The notes beneath the pieces are model-generated. The model did no database searches, had not been told where the DNA came from, and worked only from the letters and a program-made list of their open reading frames with translations. This document shows, in pieces, positions 23,870 to 47,998 of a DNA stretch of 64,000 nt. The stretch comes from Macrostomum lignano (Eukaryota). The stretch spans positions 62,001 through 126,000 of the forward strand of contig NIVC01000853.1 of the NCBI GenBank assembly GCA_002269645.1, in the 5' to 3' direction. The translations under genes and the position numbers were made by a program. Within the stretch, counting starts at the first letter, position 1, and every line of letters begins with the position of its first letter.

Positions 23870-25050
23870 CCTACATGACCTTGAATTCCTTGACTTAGAT
23901 GAATCTAAACGCCATGATCTACATGACCTGAAATCCCGTGACCTACATACATGACCTGACCTTGAATCCCATGACCTACATACATGACCTGACCTTGAAT
24001 CCCATGACCTACATACATGGCCTTGAATCCCATGACCTACACACATGACCTTGAATCCCATGACCTACATACATGGCCTTGAATCCCTTGACCTACACAC
24101 ATGACCTTGAATCCCTTGACCTACATACATGACCTTGAATCCCATGACCTACACACATGACCTTGAGTCCCATGACCTACACACATGACCTTGAATCCCG
24201 TGACCTACATACATGACCTTGAATCCCGTGACCTACATACATGACCTTGAATCCCATGACCTACATACATGACCTTGAATCCCGTGACCTACATACATGA
24301 CCTTGAGTCCCATGACCTACACACATGACCTTGAATCCCGTGACCTACATACATGGCCTTGAATCCCTTGACCTACATACATGACCTTGAATCCCATGAC
24401 CTACACACATGACCTTGAATCCCGTGACCTACATACATGACCTTGAATCCCGTGACCTACATACATGACCTTGAATCCCATGACCTACATACATGACCTT
24501 GAATCCCGTGACCTACATACATGACCTTGAGTCCCATGACCTACACACATGACCTTGAATCCCGTGACCTACATACATGACCTTGAGTCCCATGACCTAC
24601 ATACATGACCTTGAGTCCCATGACCTACATACATGACCTTGAATCCCGTGACCTACATACATGACCTTGAGTCCCATGACCTACACACATGACCTTGAAT
24701 CCCGTGACCTACATACATGACCTTGAGTCCCATGACCTACATACATGACCTTGAGTCCCATGACCTACATACATGACCTTGAATCCCGTGACCTACATAC
24801 ATGACCTTGAGTCCCATGACCTACATACATGACCTTGAGTCCCATGACCTACATACATGACCTTGAATCCCGTGACCTACATACATGACCTTGAGTCCCA
24901 TGACCTACATACATGACCTTGAGTCCCATGACCACATACATGACCTTGAATCCCATGACCTACATACATGACCTTGAGTCCCATGACCTACACACATGAC
25001 CTTGAATCCCGTGACCTACACACATGACCTTGAGTCCCATGACCACATAC
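23870..25050. repeat. 28-bp minisatellite ATGACCTTGAATCCCATGACCTACATAC
   Basis: About 42 copies. Confidence 0.97.
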
Positions 25051-25699
25051 ACAATCTACCAATTCAAACCATTAATTCTTACGGCGCAGCATTTCTGACA
25101 GAAGATTGTTAAGATCGGATAAGCGAATCTCGTGATCCAGCAGGCATAATCAATTTTTCATTTAGCTTTAAAATTGATGCAGCATTTTATACTCCGGGAA
25201 AACAAAACCAAACTGGCAATAAATCCCCAGCCCGATGGTCAGTGTTTACAGACCGGTGACAGACTGACCGGATAAGCCCCAGCAAAGATAATGCACTCAG
25301 ATTCGCGAGGTCACGCAAGTTCAAGGCGCGCAGCGATTAGCCTGTCCACGATTTGGCCTTCCTTCTTTCTCTCTGTCTCTGCTCTTTGTCAAACAAGCTG
25401 GCGGACTGTACAGCCGAGGAGCAAAAAAACACAAGCTGATCCCAGGCCAGGCAGAGCCAGGTGCCTCAAGGCTGACTAGAATGGTAATTACCCTGTTGGC
25501 TGCAGCTTACAGGGGATTCCTGGACAAAATTGCCGGTAGGACAGATAATAACTAGGCAGGCTGGCCAACGCAAAGTGGGCACTGATCTCATGCGGAATGC
25601 ACAGAACGCATACAGGTGCTGCACATTTAACCTTAATAAATGCTCAAAAACTATCCAACCTAAAATCTAAAAAACTAAAGATGAAGATGAAGGATATGA

Positions 25700-26145
25700 A
25701 ACTGGATTCTGAAGAGCATGAAACTGGGTTCTGAATGCCATTAAACTGAAACCTGAAGAGTCTGAAACTGGGTTCTGAATGCCGTTAAACTGAAACCTGA
25801 AGAGTCTGAAACTGGGTTCTGAATGCCGTTAAACTGAAACCTGAAGAGTCTGAAACTGGGTTCTGAATGCCGTTAAACTGAAACCTGAAGAGTCTGAAAC
25901 TGGGTTCTGAATGCCGTTAAACTGAAACCTGAAGAGTCTGAAACTGGGTTCTGAATGCCGTTAAACTGAAACCTGAAGAGTCTGAAACTGGGTTCTGAAT
26001 GCCGTTAAACTGAAACCTGAATAGCATGAAACTGGGTTCTGAATGCCGTTAAACTGAAACCTGAATAGCATGAAACTGGGTTCTGAATGCCGTTAAACTG
26101 AAACCTGAGGAGTCTGAAACTGGGTTCTGAATGCCGTTAAAATGA
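25700..26145. repeat. 44-bp minisatellite GAAACTGGGTTCTGAATGCCGTTAAACTGAAACCTGAAGAGTCT
   Basis: About 10 copies. Confidence 0.97.
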
Positions 26146-26991
26146 AATTAGTAGTAGGGTATGGTATCATAAACATAAAAATATAAATCTAGGATCTAGA
26201 ACTAGGATGAATTAGCATCTAGGAGCTATCAAATGAAAGTTAGAGAGTTACTAATGTCCTCGTACATGTGTATAAGCCATATGAATTTTTTGTCCGGACG
26301 AAGGGAACTTTGATATTGTTATAAAAATGCGAAAATTTTGAATCTGGAATTCTAATAGATTAAAAATGGTTTGATCTGCTAAATTTATGCGGAATTTAAT
26401 GAAAAAAAGAAGACTAAAATGCAAGCTTAAAAACAGCACTTAGCACACAGCTTGATCTCCCATGTATTTCCTAAATGATTAATCAAACAAGGCTGATTGA
26501 AATGCATTTGATCAGAGAGCTTAAAACGCAGAACAAAAAATGATTTGAGACCGGGGGACCTGAACACATTTAGAATCCGTTAATAAAAATCAAGAAATGC
26601 TACTGAGACGGAAAGCAAGCAGAGTGTGTTGCTTGATTGTTGGGTGTTGCTTGACTTAGGCAAATATTTACCTCAAGGGCCAGAGGAGGGGAGAGGAGAG
26701 GAGAGGAGAGGAGAGCTGAGAAGAGACACAAAACTATTGTGAAGTTTCAAAGGACCCGAGGGCCGGATAGAGAGGCATCCCGGGCGGAATTTGCCGACCC
26801 CTGCTCTATGGTGAAGCCCCATTCAAATAATATCTCCCTAAATCGGTTTAGCAGCCTAGTCCATTATTAATGCATTTTTAAACTCTATTCTCGGGAAACT
26901 TGTGCCATTCAAAAGTCTATTACGGAACCGGAAATCCTGTCAAAACCAGCAAAATTTGCAACGATTTGCGAGCGGCCTTCTGTTTTGGCTG

Positions 26992-29224
26992 TCAAACGGT
27001 GAGCTCTGCTCTAAACACGGAAGATAAACACCGTAAGATCTTCCGATCAAATAGAGTCTGCAGAATCCAGAAATGATAACTAAGGCGCCTTCGATCCGGC
27101 TCCGTCTTGGTCGTGACTGTACTCAAAAAGTTCACTATGTCCTTTTCGCGACTTGGCAGTACTAACTCGAGCTGCATGAATTATCGAGATGGAGATTCAA
27201 GCAATAAATGCACCAGAATGGCACCAAAATTGACTGTCAATGCCTCTTGATTTGTGCGCCTTTTCGTGCTACAGATACTGAAAGTGAAAGAGGAATGGGA
27301 ATAGAGGGAAACAGTGGTAGGAGCAGGGATTAGAATGAGTAGAGAGAGTAGAGAGACAGAGTAGAGTGCAAAGGGAGAGTAGAGCGGGAAGGAAAAGTAG
27401 AGTACAGACGGAGAGTAGTGAGTAGAGAAAGTAGAGCGGGGAGGAAGAGTAGAGAGGGTGAGTAGTAGCTAGGGAGAGTGGAGCGGGGAGAGAGAATTGA
27501 GAGAGAGTAGATTAGAGGGAGAGTAGAGTGGAGATGGAGAGTAGAGAGGAGAGGGAGAGTAGAGTAGAGATGGAGAGTAGAGTAGAGGGAGAGTAGAGTA
27601 GAGATGGAGAGTAGAGTAGAGGGAGAGTAGAGTAGAAATGGAGAGTAGAGTAGAGGGAGAGTAGAGTAGGGAGGGAGAGTAGAGTAGGGAGGGAGAGTAG
27701 AGTAGAGGGAGAGTAGAGTAGGGAGGGAGAGTAGAGTAGGGAGGGAGAGTAGAGTAGGGAGGGAGAGTAGAGTAGGGAGGGAGAGTAGAGTAGGGAGGGA
27801 GAGTAGAGTAGAGAGGGAGAGTAGAGTAGAGGGAGAGTAGAGTAGGGAGGGGGAGTAGAGTAGAGTAGAGTAGAGTAGAGAGGGAGAGTAGAGTAGAGGG
27901 AGAGTAGAGTAGAGAGGGAGAGTAGAGTAGAGGGAGAGTAGAGTAGGGAGGGAGAGTAGAGTAGAGTAGAGTAGAGAGGGAGAGTAGAGTAGAGCAAAGT
28001 AGAGTAGAGAGGGAGAGTAGAGTAGAGGGAGAGTAGAGTAGAGGGAGAGTAGAGTAGGGAGGGAGAGTAGAGTAGAGTAGAGTAGAGTAGAGAGGGAGAG
28101 TAGAGGGAGAGTAGAGTAGGGAGGGAGAGTAGAGTAGAGTAGAGTAGAGTAGAGAGGAAGAGTAGAGTAGAGGGAGAGTAGAGTAGGGAGGGAGAGTAGA
28201 GTTGAGTAGAGAGGGAGAGTAGAGTAGAGCAGAGAATACACCAGACGGTTAGACAAAGTAGAAGATTGGTGGAATACAATGCAACAGCAAAGGGGGGACT
28301 GCACTATATGAGAATAAGAGCAGAGTACTTGAAAATCGAGCAATCCAGCTAAAACGGCTACAGTATCGAGAGGTGTAAGTGAGTAGCCCGAAGTCAAATG
28401 GTCCAAACTACGGCTTCCGCAGCTTGCTAACTCTAAAGTGCACAGAGCCGCACTAAACCCCAGCCGAACGCACTGCCCCCGTACATGGGAATCAAGTGCA
28501 ACTAAAAATAAGTACTTATTAGCCTTATACAATAGTGTTAAATTAATAAATAAAATTGAAATTTATTCATTTTGAAGCAATTTGATAGGACAATTATTGA
28601 GAAAGCGCGTTTAGCTGTGACTCCTCCTTCGAGCGAGAGCTGTTCAGTTGCATCTGTGTATTTAATTACTGAATTGAGGATTTCAACAGTGGAGTACAAA
28701 TAATCTGATCAGAGGGTCCGGGAGACCGAATTGAAAAATGCACAGGCTTGACATGTGGAAGGGGGGACACCAATATTTATTATTATTATTATGCTTACTA
28801 TATTTATAATACGGTAGTATAGGAATAACGTAAATAAACAAATTTGACTAGCAGAAACGAATGTCAAATGTCTGCAATGCGGATAATAAGAAATCAATGG
28901 ATCAAGCAAAACAATAATTAGGCTCCAACATTTTTAATTATAATAAACTCGAAATACGATATAGAATCATCATATTCTATATCGACACAATACATGGAGA
29001 CAAGCATTTTGCTTACGTCTTTGATCAGATTAACTTGCACCTTCTATACCACAGTTTATTAAAGACGCAGCTTGGCTCGATAGCAGTACAGGAGATTGCA
29101 GCTTGTTTCAATGAGTAAAATTTAAACTACTCTGATTGCAATGAACTTTGAAAGCCTCCGTGATGCATAACGGTATTAGTGGCGGATCCATGGGGATTAA
29201 GACGTGGTTCAGTTTATTGATAAG
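26992..29224 (-). CDS. Tentative partial multi-exon gene of unknown function
   Basis: Candidate exons 29224-29131 (phase 0 to 1), 28432-28329 (1 to 0) and 27171-26992 join in frame: LINKLNHVLIPMDPPLIPLCITEAFKVHCNQKLASC...VLAGLLDFQLELVLPSREKDIVNFL... No start exon resolved; splice sites only moderate. Confidence 0.3.
27330..28235. repeat. Purine-rich (AGAGT)n/AGAGGG compound repeat
   Basis: Produces spurious YSTL/LSL ORFs on the minus strand. Confidence 0.95.
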
Positions 29225-29227
29225 CTG

Positions 29228-29545
29228 CCCTACCAGCCCCACCTCTGCCAGGTGATTCTGTGCCAGCTGCCCTACCAGCCCGCCACCTCTGCCAGGTGAT
29301 TCTGTGCCAGCTGCCCCACCTCTGCCAGGTGATTCTGTGCCAGCTGCCCCACCTCTGTCAGGTGATTCTGTGCCAGCTGCCCCACCTCTGTCAGGTGATT
29401 CTGTGCCAGCTGCCCTACCTCTGCCAGGTGATTCTGTGCCAGCTGCCCCACCTCTGTCAGGTGATTCTGTGCCAGCTGCCCCACCTCTGTCAGGTGATTC
29501 TGTGCCAGCTGCCCCACCTCCGCCAGGTGATTCTGTGGCACACAG
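29228..29545. repeat. 33-bp minisatellite CTGCCCCACCTCTGTCAGGTGATTCTGTGCCAG
   Basis: About 9 copies. Confidence 0.96.
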
Positions 29546-30384
29546 ATCCGCCACTACAAAAAGCCTACTGCAACAGCAGAAACAGTCAAACACACACAGA
29601 AACTGACAATCAAATTACGTACAAACAAAAATACGCCGAACATTGAACTTTCACGACTTTCACAGCGAGCCACTAAAATCTGTCTGTAGTGACGATAAAC
29701 ACAAAAGTACAAAATAGGACAAAAACTATTTTAGACTGAATTAGCAATGGACAAACTCTAGTCCAGTAGGTTGGTGTCTACTGTCAGATGAAGATTTGTT
29801 GGTCAGTCAGCCAAATTGAAATCAGAGATTTACAGAAGAGAGGGAGGGGAGGGGGTGAGATCGGGTCCCGCTTAGAGAGAGGGCAATCCGATCAATATAA
29901 TTTGGGAACGGAGACTTGTTTGCCCAATCAATAGAAGTTGGTATAAAGCGACAAGACACAGAATTGATGTAGATAGAGATATATAGAGCCTATTGAAATG
30001 CCCAATAGGCTACTCTGGTTCGAATAAAAAGCCGAACTCCCTCGCAGTGCGCACATTTTTCTACAGTTTCAGATCCGACGACCGATGCCTCGACAGCCTA
30101 AGTTGGCGGCAGGCACGCGATGAGGCAGACGGGGACACTAATTATGATTTATGACTTTTTTACCTAGCTTTAAATATAGCAGTTAATATGCGCGCTATCA
30201 TGGGTACTCGGTGTACATTATTTACTTTAACGCAGGTACATGTAATAATTTGAGTATGCAAGCTCTAGCTAAAAGGCTTATCACGTGAAATATCCGCGAT
30301 ATATAGCGGCTGAGCGTGATTCTGTCCATTTTATAGACAGATTCAGTCAACTCGTGGCGAGCAAATCCGTTAGTAAAGTCTAAG

Positions 30385-30725
30385 CAAATTCACGGGAAGT
30401 CCATGTACAAGACTAATGGCAAATTCACATATTCACCAACAGTAATGGGAGATTCACTGGAAAACATATAAATTCACGGGAAACCCAAATAGATTCACGG
30501 GAAACCTATATAGATTCACGGGAAATCCTTACACTAGATTCACGTGAAATCTATATAGATTCACGGGAAATCCATATAGATTCACGGGAAATCCATACAG
30601 ATTCACGGGAACTCCACATAAATTCACAGGAAATACATACACAATATTCACGGGAATCCATATAGATTCACGGGAACTCCACATAAATTCACGGGAATCC
30701 ATGTATACATACGGGAAATCGGCTA
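30385..30725. repeat. Degenerate 21-bp minisatellite TAGATTCACGGGAAATCCATA
   Basis: About 14 diverged copies just past the NKRF-like stop codon. Confidence 0.88.
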
Positions 30726-30759
30726 GATTCATAATAATGTCATTATTTGTGTCAATGTG

Positions 30760-40487
<9,728 letters not shown>

Positions 40488-43400
40488 TGCCGTGGGGTAG
40501 AGCGCATGAGAGAAACGATTGTTAAGGTTGACAGTAGGCTAAAGGATGGGGCGGAGTACCTGGGGCATTGTGTTTATCCCCAACAGTGAGAAAGTGCATG
40601 TGCGCATATGTGTGCTTAGAGCTCAGCGGAATGGGCATGAATGCAGGTATTTTTTTAATTGGGGGCTGTGTACACCCTGGCGCACTTTAACCGGCATTGT
40701 CGCACAACCGGCGAGAGGCATTACTGCATCACACAGGAGTGTACCGGTTCAGCGGCCCTGGCTTTTTATCGTTTGGCGTGTGCAATTGGCAACCTTATAA
40801 GCTATGGTCTGTTATAGCACTGCAGAAGTGTGGTGGCCCTGTTGTAATTGAACTTTACCTACTAGCTTCTATTCCACTGACTGAGCTTCAATCAGACAGA
40901 CTTGAAGGAGAATTTACTGTTTATAGACAAGGGCATGGTGGTTGCTATTTTATCTCAGTAGAGCAGATAATGCTTTCAGCCTGTCAATGAAGAATGCAAA
41001 CCTTCATTCCTTCAAACCTTCCTTCATTTTATCTTTAATATAATGCAGACCTTCAAATCAATGCACCATCTAGGAACTGCCAAGCACAAGACAATTGTTG
41101 CATAGGCACATTGCTGTTTGCAAAGGTTGCGTTAATTGATAGTTTGCCAGGCCAAATTGAAGAGATATCATTGGGTGAAAGAGTAACTCTATACTCTATC
41201 TATGGCTTCTATGGCTATGGCCTTAGTTTCTATTAAGGAGTCTGAAATGCTTGAAGTTTTTTCTGCTTAAACTTTACAAGTACCAGACAACAAGTTTACT
41301 AACTTTTTATCTAGAAGAAAATTGCAGTATCCACCTGAATGGCTAATTGTCTATGCATCAATGTGCTACTCACACTCTTTGGTATGGTTCCACTAAAGTA
41401 TGCCAACCATACAATTTGTCTTTTTCTATATATTTTTGAGTTTCTTGTTGACTTTGACATTTAAAAGGATCAACTAACATCTATTGTAAGCTGGCTTGCA
41501 AATACTTTTTTCAAGGGCCTAGTGTATATGAGCTAAGCCATTAGAGATACCTTTCCATAGCTTTAATGCCAATGGATATATACTACATAAATTACAGCCT
41601 GAACAAGTTGCTACATTCTTTAATATTATCATCTTTGGTTGAGTAATTGATTGTTAGTTTAATCAGATGCACTTATTCTAACCCTTGATTTTTTAGTCAA
41701 TTTGAGAGCATATTTAATTTATTGAAAAACATTTGTTTAAGCTTGTTAACAGAAGTTTCAATTTGATAGATAAGATTTTTGTTTATTTGAATTAGTTCTT
41801 ATTACCAATACAATTTATATAAATTCATTGTGCCTCGATTTGTTAGCTTGGCAGTTTCATGTTAGGCTAATCTATTCTAGACTAAATTTCAATTCACTAA
41901 ACATTTAAATATCTATAAGTGGAGACACCACCTAAGATGCTTCTATATCCCCAAAACTAGGCCTATTGCTTTGCTTGCCATGGGGTATCCCAGAAGTTGA
42001 TTCAATTTTTTCACTAGATAGCCTTTCTTGATTAAGCAAAAAAATTAATATTTAGAAATATTTAGCTAAATGAAGTTCAATTTGTCTTTTTCTTTTCTCT
42101 TGTCAGGCTAACTAATTGTTATTTTTATAAGCATACTATAGAAGTTGAATGCATATTGCCAATAACATAGTAAATATTTACATTAAATGAATTGCAAGCT
42201 TTTTTTTCAATTCAATAATCAATTAAATGGTCTAGCAGATAGTTTGTTTATTATCAAGAGTTAGACTCTGACTGACTCTGATCTGTTATGGACTGTGGGC
42301 TCTAGGGTCAGTGCTTGGGGTAGGTTCTTTGTCTAGTGAGAATTTGCGTACTCTATGTACATTGTTGCTCATTTTCCATTCTATTATGCATACCTTATCT
42401 TTGTCACCTACCCCAATGCTATGCTGCGATGCTTATTAAATGTGTTTCTGATCTAAGGTTGACTTCAATAAACTTCTGTCACTACTGAGTGCTAAAGCTA
42501 ATTATTGACTTTCATCAAGTTAAAATATAAATTGATATTTTATCACCTTAATAACCAAAATATAGAATGGTAACACTGCATATAATAGGGCTAGATTAGG
42601 TTAGGCTAGGCAAAATAAAAAAGTAGAGCAACACAAGAGTCTCCAATTAGCTCTTTTCAATTTTTGTAATAGATAAGAATGCCAAAATCCAAGTAACCAT
42701 ATTTGGCCTAAATCTAATGGAGCATTAAGCCTACCAGTTAAGTCTACCAATAGCCATTATAACTTTACTGTATATAGTCAAGAATGGATTTTCAATGTTG
42801 ACAAAGGTAGCATAATCAGTGTAATTGATGATAAGAATGTTATATGCATATTAAAGTACAACTACAAAACTTGCTAAGCTATCTATTTTTTAATAACAAA
42901 TATAACAGATATAATATATTTTTGTTATTATATGGAAAGTTTGGGACATGTAAACTGAATTTGAGTATACTATATATAATCTAATGATTATCTAATTGAA
43001 GAACATTTATTTAGCCACTGGCTCTAATTATTTTTAGAAGTTAGATCCAAAACTTTTAGCAACCTTGTTAATATTATAGGCATAATATACAGCATAACTT
43101 TTACTAGTGCATACAAAGTCTAGAGACTGTACAAATTGCACAAATTGTTTGCCTTTAAGACTTAAATTCTAAGATAATAATTATGACGATGTAAATAGGG
43201 CAATAAACTGATGATTAATTTTGAATATAGAAGACTTGTTGCATTTTAGCCATCAAAGGCACTCAAATAACTGACTTTGAAGGAATTTCTTTGAATAGCA
43301 ATATTGGTCTTGCATGCTATAAGGCCTAGCTTTCCAAAGGGAAAGAATTCTATTTCTAGTTCAATGTCTATTTGGATATAGTCAAGAATTTAGTCTATAG

Positions 43401-43764
43401 CTCTAAGAATACTATCAAGAAATATAAAAATTTTGCTATACATGCCAATCAAAATAAGTGGACAAATGTATTGTTTAAGGATATACATCTGTAGACTTTG
43501 GTTCAAAATATTATTTAATCTTATCTTATCCTTAAAGGTATCTGAATAAAGTAGGCCTAAAATAAATAATTTAAAACAATTTGAATAGGCTTAATAGACT
43601 TGTTACCAAAATGATTAGTACCCTAGCCATTAGATATAAGCCATAAGACTTATTAGACATAGTAACTTTCAATTCAATTGAGAACCCAGCTCATGACTGC
43701 CCTTCTGGGTCCACTTTGTTGGGCCCCTAAGCGAAGGGAAAAGTCCTGATTATAGTACGGGCCA

Positions 43765-44285
43765 GAGGTAAAGAGAGAGGATAAGGAATAAAGAAAAGAA
43801 ATATGAGCATAGGATAAAGGAGAGATAAAGGAATAAAGGAGAAGAGAGTTGATGAGAGGAGAGATTAAATACGAGCAGAGAAAGAGGAGAAGGGAGATTA
43901 ATAGAGAGGAAAGAGAAGAGAAGAAAGGAGGGAAGGGAGAAGAGAATGAAGAGGAAAAGGGAAATGAAAGGAAATAGGTGAGGAGAAAGGAGAAGATAGA
44001 GGTAAGAAGAGAGGGGAGGAAAGAGATAAGGAGAGGAGAGAGGAGAGGGCAGAGATGAGAGAGGAGAGGGCAGAGATAAGAGAGAGAAAAGATAAGAGAT
44101 GAAAGGGCAGAGTTGACTATGAGAGAGAAAACAGATGAGAAGAGAGGGTAGAGATGAGAGAGAGAACAGATGAGAAGAGGGCAGAGAAGAGAGACAAGAG
44201 GGCAGAGATGAGAGAGAAAAGATAAGAGATAAGAGTGCAGAGATAAGAGAAAAGATGAGAATGCAAAGATGAGAGACAAAAGGGC
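43765..44285. repeat. GA-rich low-complexity tract
   Basis: Purine-dominated plus strand; yields spurious Leu/Ser ORFs. Confidence 0.9.
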
Positions 44286-47200
44286 ACTCCAATTTTTGCT
44301 TACTTCTATTATAACTAATACCTTATACCCTCTACCTTTAACTTAACATATACAAACATGTCAGTTTTGGTATATTGAGATAGGTTTGAAACTATTATCC
44401 ATGATATAAAAATCAAATGCAGGTAGTAATACCTGCTGTAAAGGGAAGTGTTTTTTGTTTTACTGATCTAATTTCACTAACAAAATCTGTCTTTTCCAAG
44501 ACTTGAAGCTAGGTTATACCCCATCCCAATCATAGCCAATAGGAAATGAGGAAATATATAGACCTATTGCTATTCTTATCCAAGCAGCCATTTAGAGCTG
44601 TGGCCATCTTGGTATGTGGCCATCTTGGTCATGTGCCCTTCCAAGTTGTGCTGTTTTTTGAACAGTTTTGTGTAATTAAATATGTCTATCATCACAATAA
44701 ATATGCTTTGTTTAATGTTAATTCAATTTGAAAAATAATTAAATGTGCACTTTTTACAAATACAATTGCCTATTTTTTCCAAAAACTTTTACTAATTTTT
44801 TACCAATACTATAGGCCTATTTTTGGTATTTGGTATTTTTGGTAATTTTTGATGAACCAATTTTTATGCCAATATATCTTTTTAGATAAAAAATGTAAAA
44901 AACTTATAGTTAGGCAGTGACAGGAGTAAAAGCCAGAAAACAAGCATAAGAAGAAGCATAGAAGTTCCATGGCTAACAATCCTAACATCATATGATTCAT
45001 AGTAAAAGCTCAGGCCCTCTTTCAGAAAAGGTCCTCACTGCCTCACCGCCCTCATTTTGCTCAGTATGCCCTCCAGTATAGTATAGACGTAGAGTGTATA
45101 CTATGGCGGGAATGGCACCCCTGGCCCTGGGCCGTGGTCCCAAACTTTTATAGTTATTGTTAGGTTAGGTTAACATCCGCCCCTCATTTTATATTGCTAA
45201 ATCCACCTCTGTATGTCCCCATAGTCGTCTGATGGTAATACTTGCTAATGAATAATTCAAGATTATAGAAATGCATACGTTATTACCTATTAAAAGTAAT
45301 GTACTAGCAGCATAATTGCGTACATTCGCGATCTTTTACATCTAGTTCTTAGAAAAAAAGTAACGTTAAACCATGACTAAAGTAAAGCGAAAAAAGTGTT
45401 TAAGGCTTAAAGAAGGTATAAATAAATAGCACATGCTATAGGAAACAAATGAACTATTTTTGCAATATTTACACCTTTAGTTAGTCATGGGTTCTTAACC
45501 CTGGTTTCATAAATATTTGACTTCAGGAAATAAATTCGTAGAAATATCGCGATCTGGGAAGTCCTACCTGACGCCCTGACGGCTGACTGGGGAAGAAGAG
45601 GCCTGGGCGTAACTTGCTAGCCTAAGCTTGCTGTTTATAACAATCAGGCTTGTTGCTAGTTGCTAGTTAAAACTTCCCCTGGTTAATTTTTTATTGAGAA
45701 TGAATAAGCTAGGCCTAGTATTTTGTTGAAACAGCATTTATAATCCAACTGACCAAATTACCAAGACAAGACTCTTATATTAAATGCCACAAATAAAATT
45801 CTACACATTTGAAGCACTAAATTAAAAATTATTTTAATTCTACATAGCCTATTTTAGTAATTAGACAGAATAAACCCTATTTATTTGGCAGTTGTTATAG
45901 TTAGGCCTAGGGACCATATAAAAAAGTTATTTTTACAGTCAATGCATAAGACACTATCTTGGCCTAAGCCAAGCCCAAGGTTTTAACTTAATATAACTGT
46001 ATAAATAGTGAAACAGTTATTTTTATAGTCACCATATATAGGAAGCAAAATGGTAATTAGGCCTATTATGGCTTAATGTAATAATGTGATTGATATAAAA
46101 TTTGTATGTTATATTATATTATATTTTTGTTTAAAATGATAACACATTTTTTAGTTTATTATTAGAAAATTTTTCCCATTTTTATATAGAATTTTTTTTG
46201 ATATGCAAAAGCTTTGTTTAGGCCTATTTAATTAAGGATTTATTTTCCATTTAGGCCCTAACTAATATATGCCCCATAGTCAGGATCATGTCATGGTATA
46301 TGCTGGAATAAAAAGTCCTCTAAAAATCTATGCCACTTCATATTGAAACGTACGCCAAGGTCCTAGGAACTTACGCCAGGTTTTCTAGGCTTTGCGATAA
46401 TAAATAACCTTTTTTGCGTGTTACACATTTTTGCCTACTTTATAAACACCTCTATTTCACCCGCTTCACTCACCAAATGCAATGCACTAGTTTTTGTTTA
46501 AGTTTTTTTTAGAACATTACACAATTAGTTTGCGTGGAATTTTAAATTTTTATAAATCATGAATAGTTATTAACTTTCATCTTATAAGTTTTATGGTTTT
46601 TATGATTTTATAATAATATTCTAAGGTTATGGCATTATGCCAACAATTTATTTACACCACAGCGTCACGCCAAAAGGTACGCCAAATATATTTTGCCTCA
46701 TGTTTTACGCCAATTGTATGCCAAAAAAGTAAAATTTTCAATTGTATACCAGAAATTTCCAGCGTAATGTACATTATCCTGACTATGGTATATGCCCTAT
46801 TACTATATTAGGCCTAGCTATTAAATTTATCTTTTTTTGCTACTCATTGGGCAGACTTCCAATGCCATCATGATAAAAGCTTGCAGGTTTAAAGGCAAAG
46901 AAATTCTTTAACCAAATTCTTCAACTACCAATTTAATTTAAATCAGCTTTTTTAGAAAAAGTATTTTCTTTCAAAGTGTTAGGCCTATTTAAAGACAAAA
47001 ATAAATGATAGTTAGAGTATGCAAAGTTAGGGCTATATAGTGGGTAGATATGCACTTTTTAGTCAAGTTTAAGCAGCTTTTATTGAATAACATTTGCAAT
47101 ATAAGGTCTAATATTGTTATAGAGAAAGCAAATAGGGCCAAGGTTTTGGCACTTAAGTTGAATCTAAGCAGCAAAATAATCAAGTTGTTGGCAATATAAT

Positions 47201-47844
47201 TGCATAGTGATTTTTATATTGGGTAGTAGCAGTTTGCATAGCAACATATCTTTGCTGTCCTACTAGATTGACAATATGACTTTCCTTGGATATAGCCTAG
47301 GTTTAGTTATATTTGGATATTTATCAGTTTGGCATGACAACCTCTTGCATTGAATATTGGTATATAGACCTACTTCTCATCTCTAGTGACACTAGACATG
47401 AGCTAGTTCTTGGTATGCTTGAACAACAGTTAGCAAATAGGCTATCTCAATATGGCACTAGTCCTACATCTTAGTCAGCTGATAGGGTACCTACTTGGAC
47501 AACTTAGACACAAAGCCAAGTGCCCTCTGGTGCTCAACCATGGTTGATTGAAATAGCTCCAAGGTTTCTGCAAGATGGCATTTGTCTGCTAGGCATATAG
47601 ATAATCTTTCACTAGCTGGCATAGGTGCTCATTATTGAGCCTAGATAGATGACCCAACCAAGACTAATCTTTGAGGTCATGAACTCCAGTGCAAAAGCAA
47701 GCAAACCAATCCTGTGCTATGCGCTCAAAGCCAGTGTTCTCACCAAACACACTATTAAAATGGCTTAATGATAGATACATCAATATTTACCCTCATTATA
47801 TATAGGGCAGAACATTTTAGAAAGTACATGTTAAGAACATACAT

Positions 47845-47998
47845 GTGCAACCTTGGGAATCACCCAGCTGTTTCTATTGGCAACACACATATGTATGTTG
47901 CTATTGGCTCAGAGCAGTTATTTGACTAATTTTCTGTCCAATAGCAACTTACATGTTTGTTGCTAATAGAAATGGCTGGGTGAATCCCTAGGTTGCAC
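47845..47998. repeat. Imperfect ~60-bp inverted repeat (foldback/MITE-like relic)
   Basis: GTGCAACCTTGGGAATCACCCAGCTGTTTCTATTGGCAAC...GTTGCTATTGG pairs with CCAATAGCAAC...GGCTGGGTGAATCCCTAGGTTGCAC; differences include transversions and a 2-nt indel. Confidence 0.6.

Noticed and set aside
40500-40530. CCTTAAC upstream of the NKRF-like ATG as a second U12 branch site
   Set aside because: Partial consensus (CAACCTTAAC), no AG or AC at a suitable distance, no U12 donor found upstream.
43674-44292. 180-201 aa Leu/Ser/Phe-rich ORFs as membrane proteins
   Set aside because: Antisense reading of a GA low-complexity tract.
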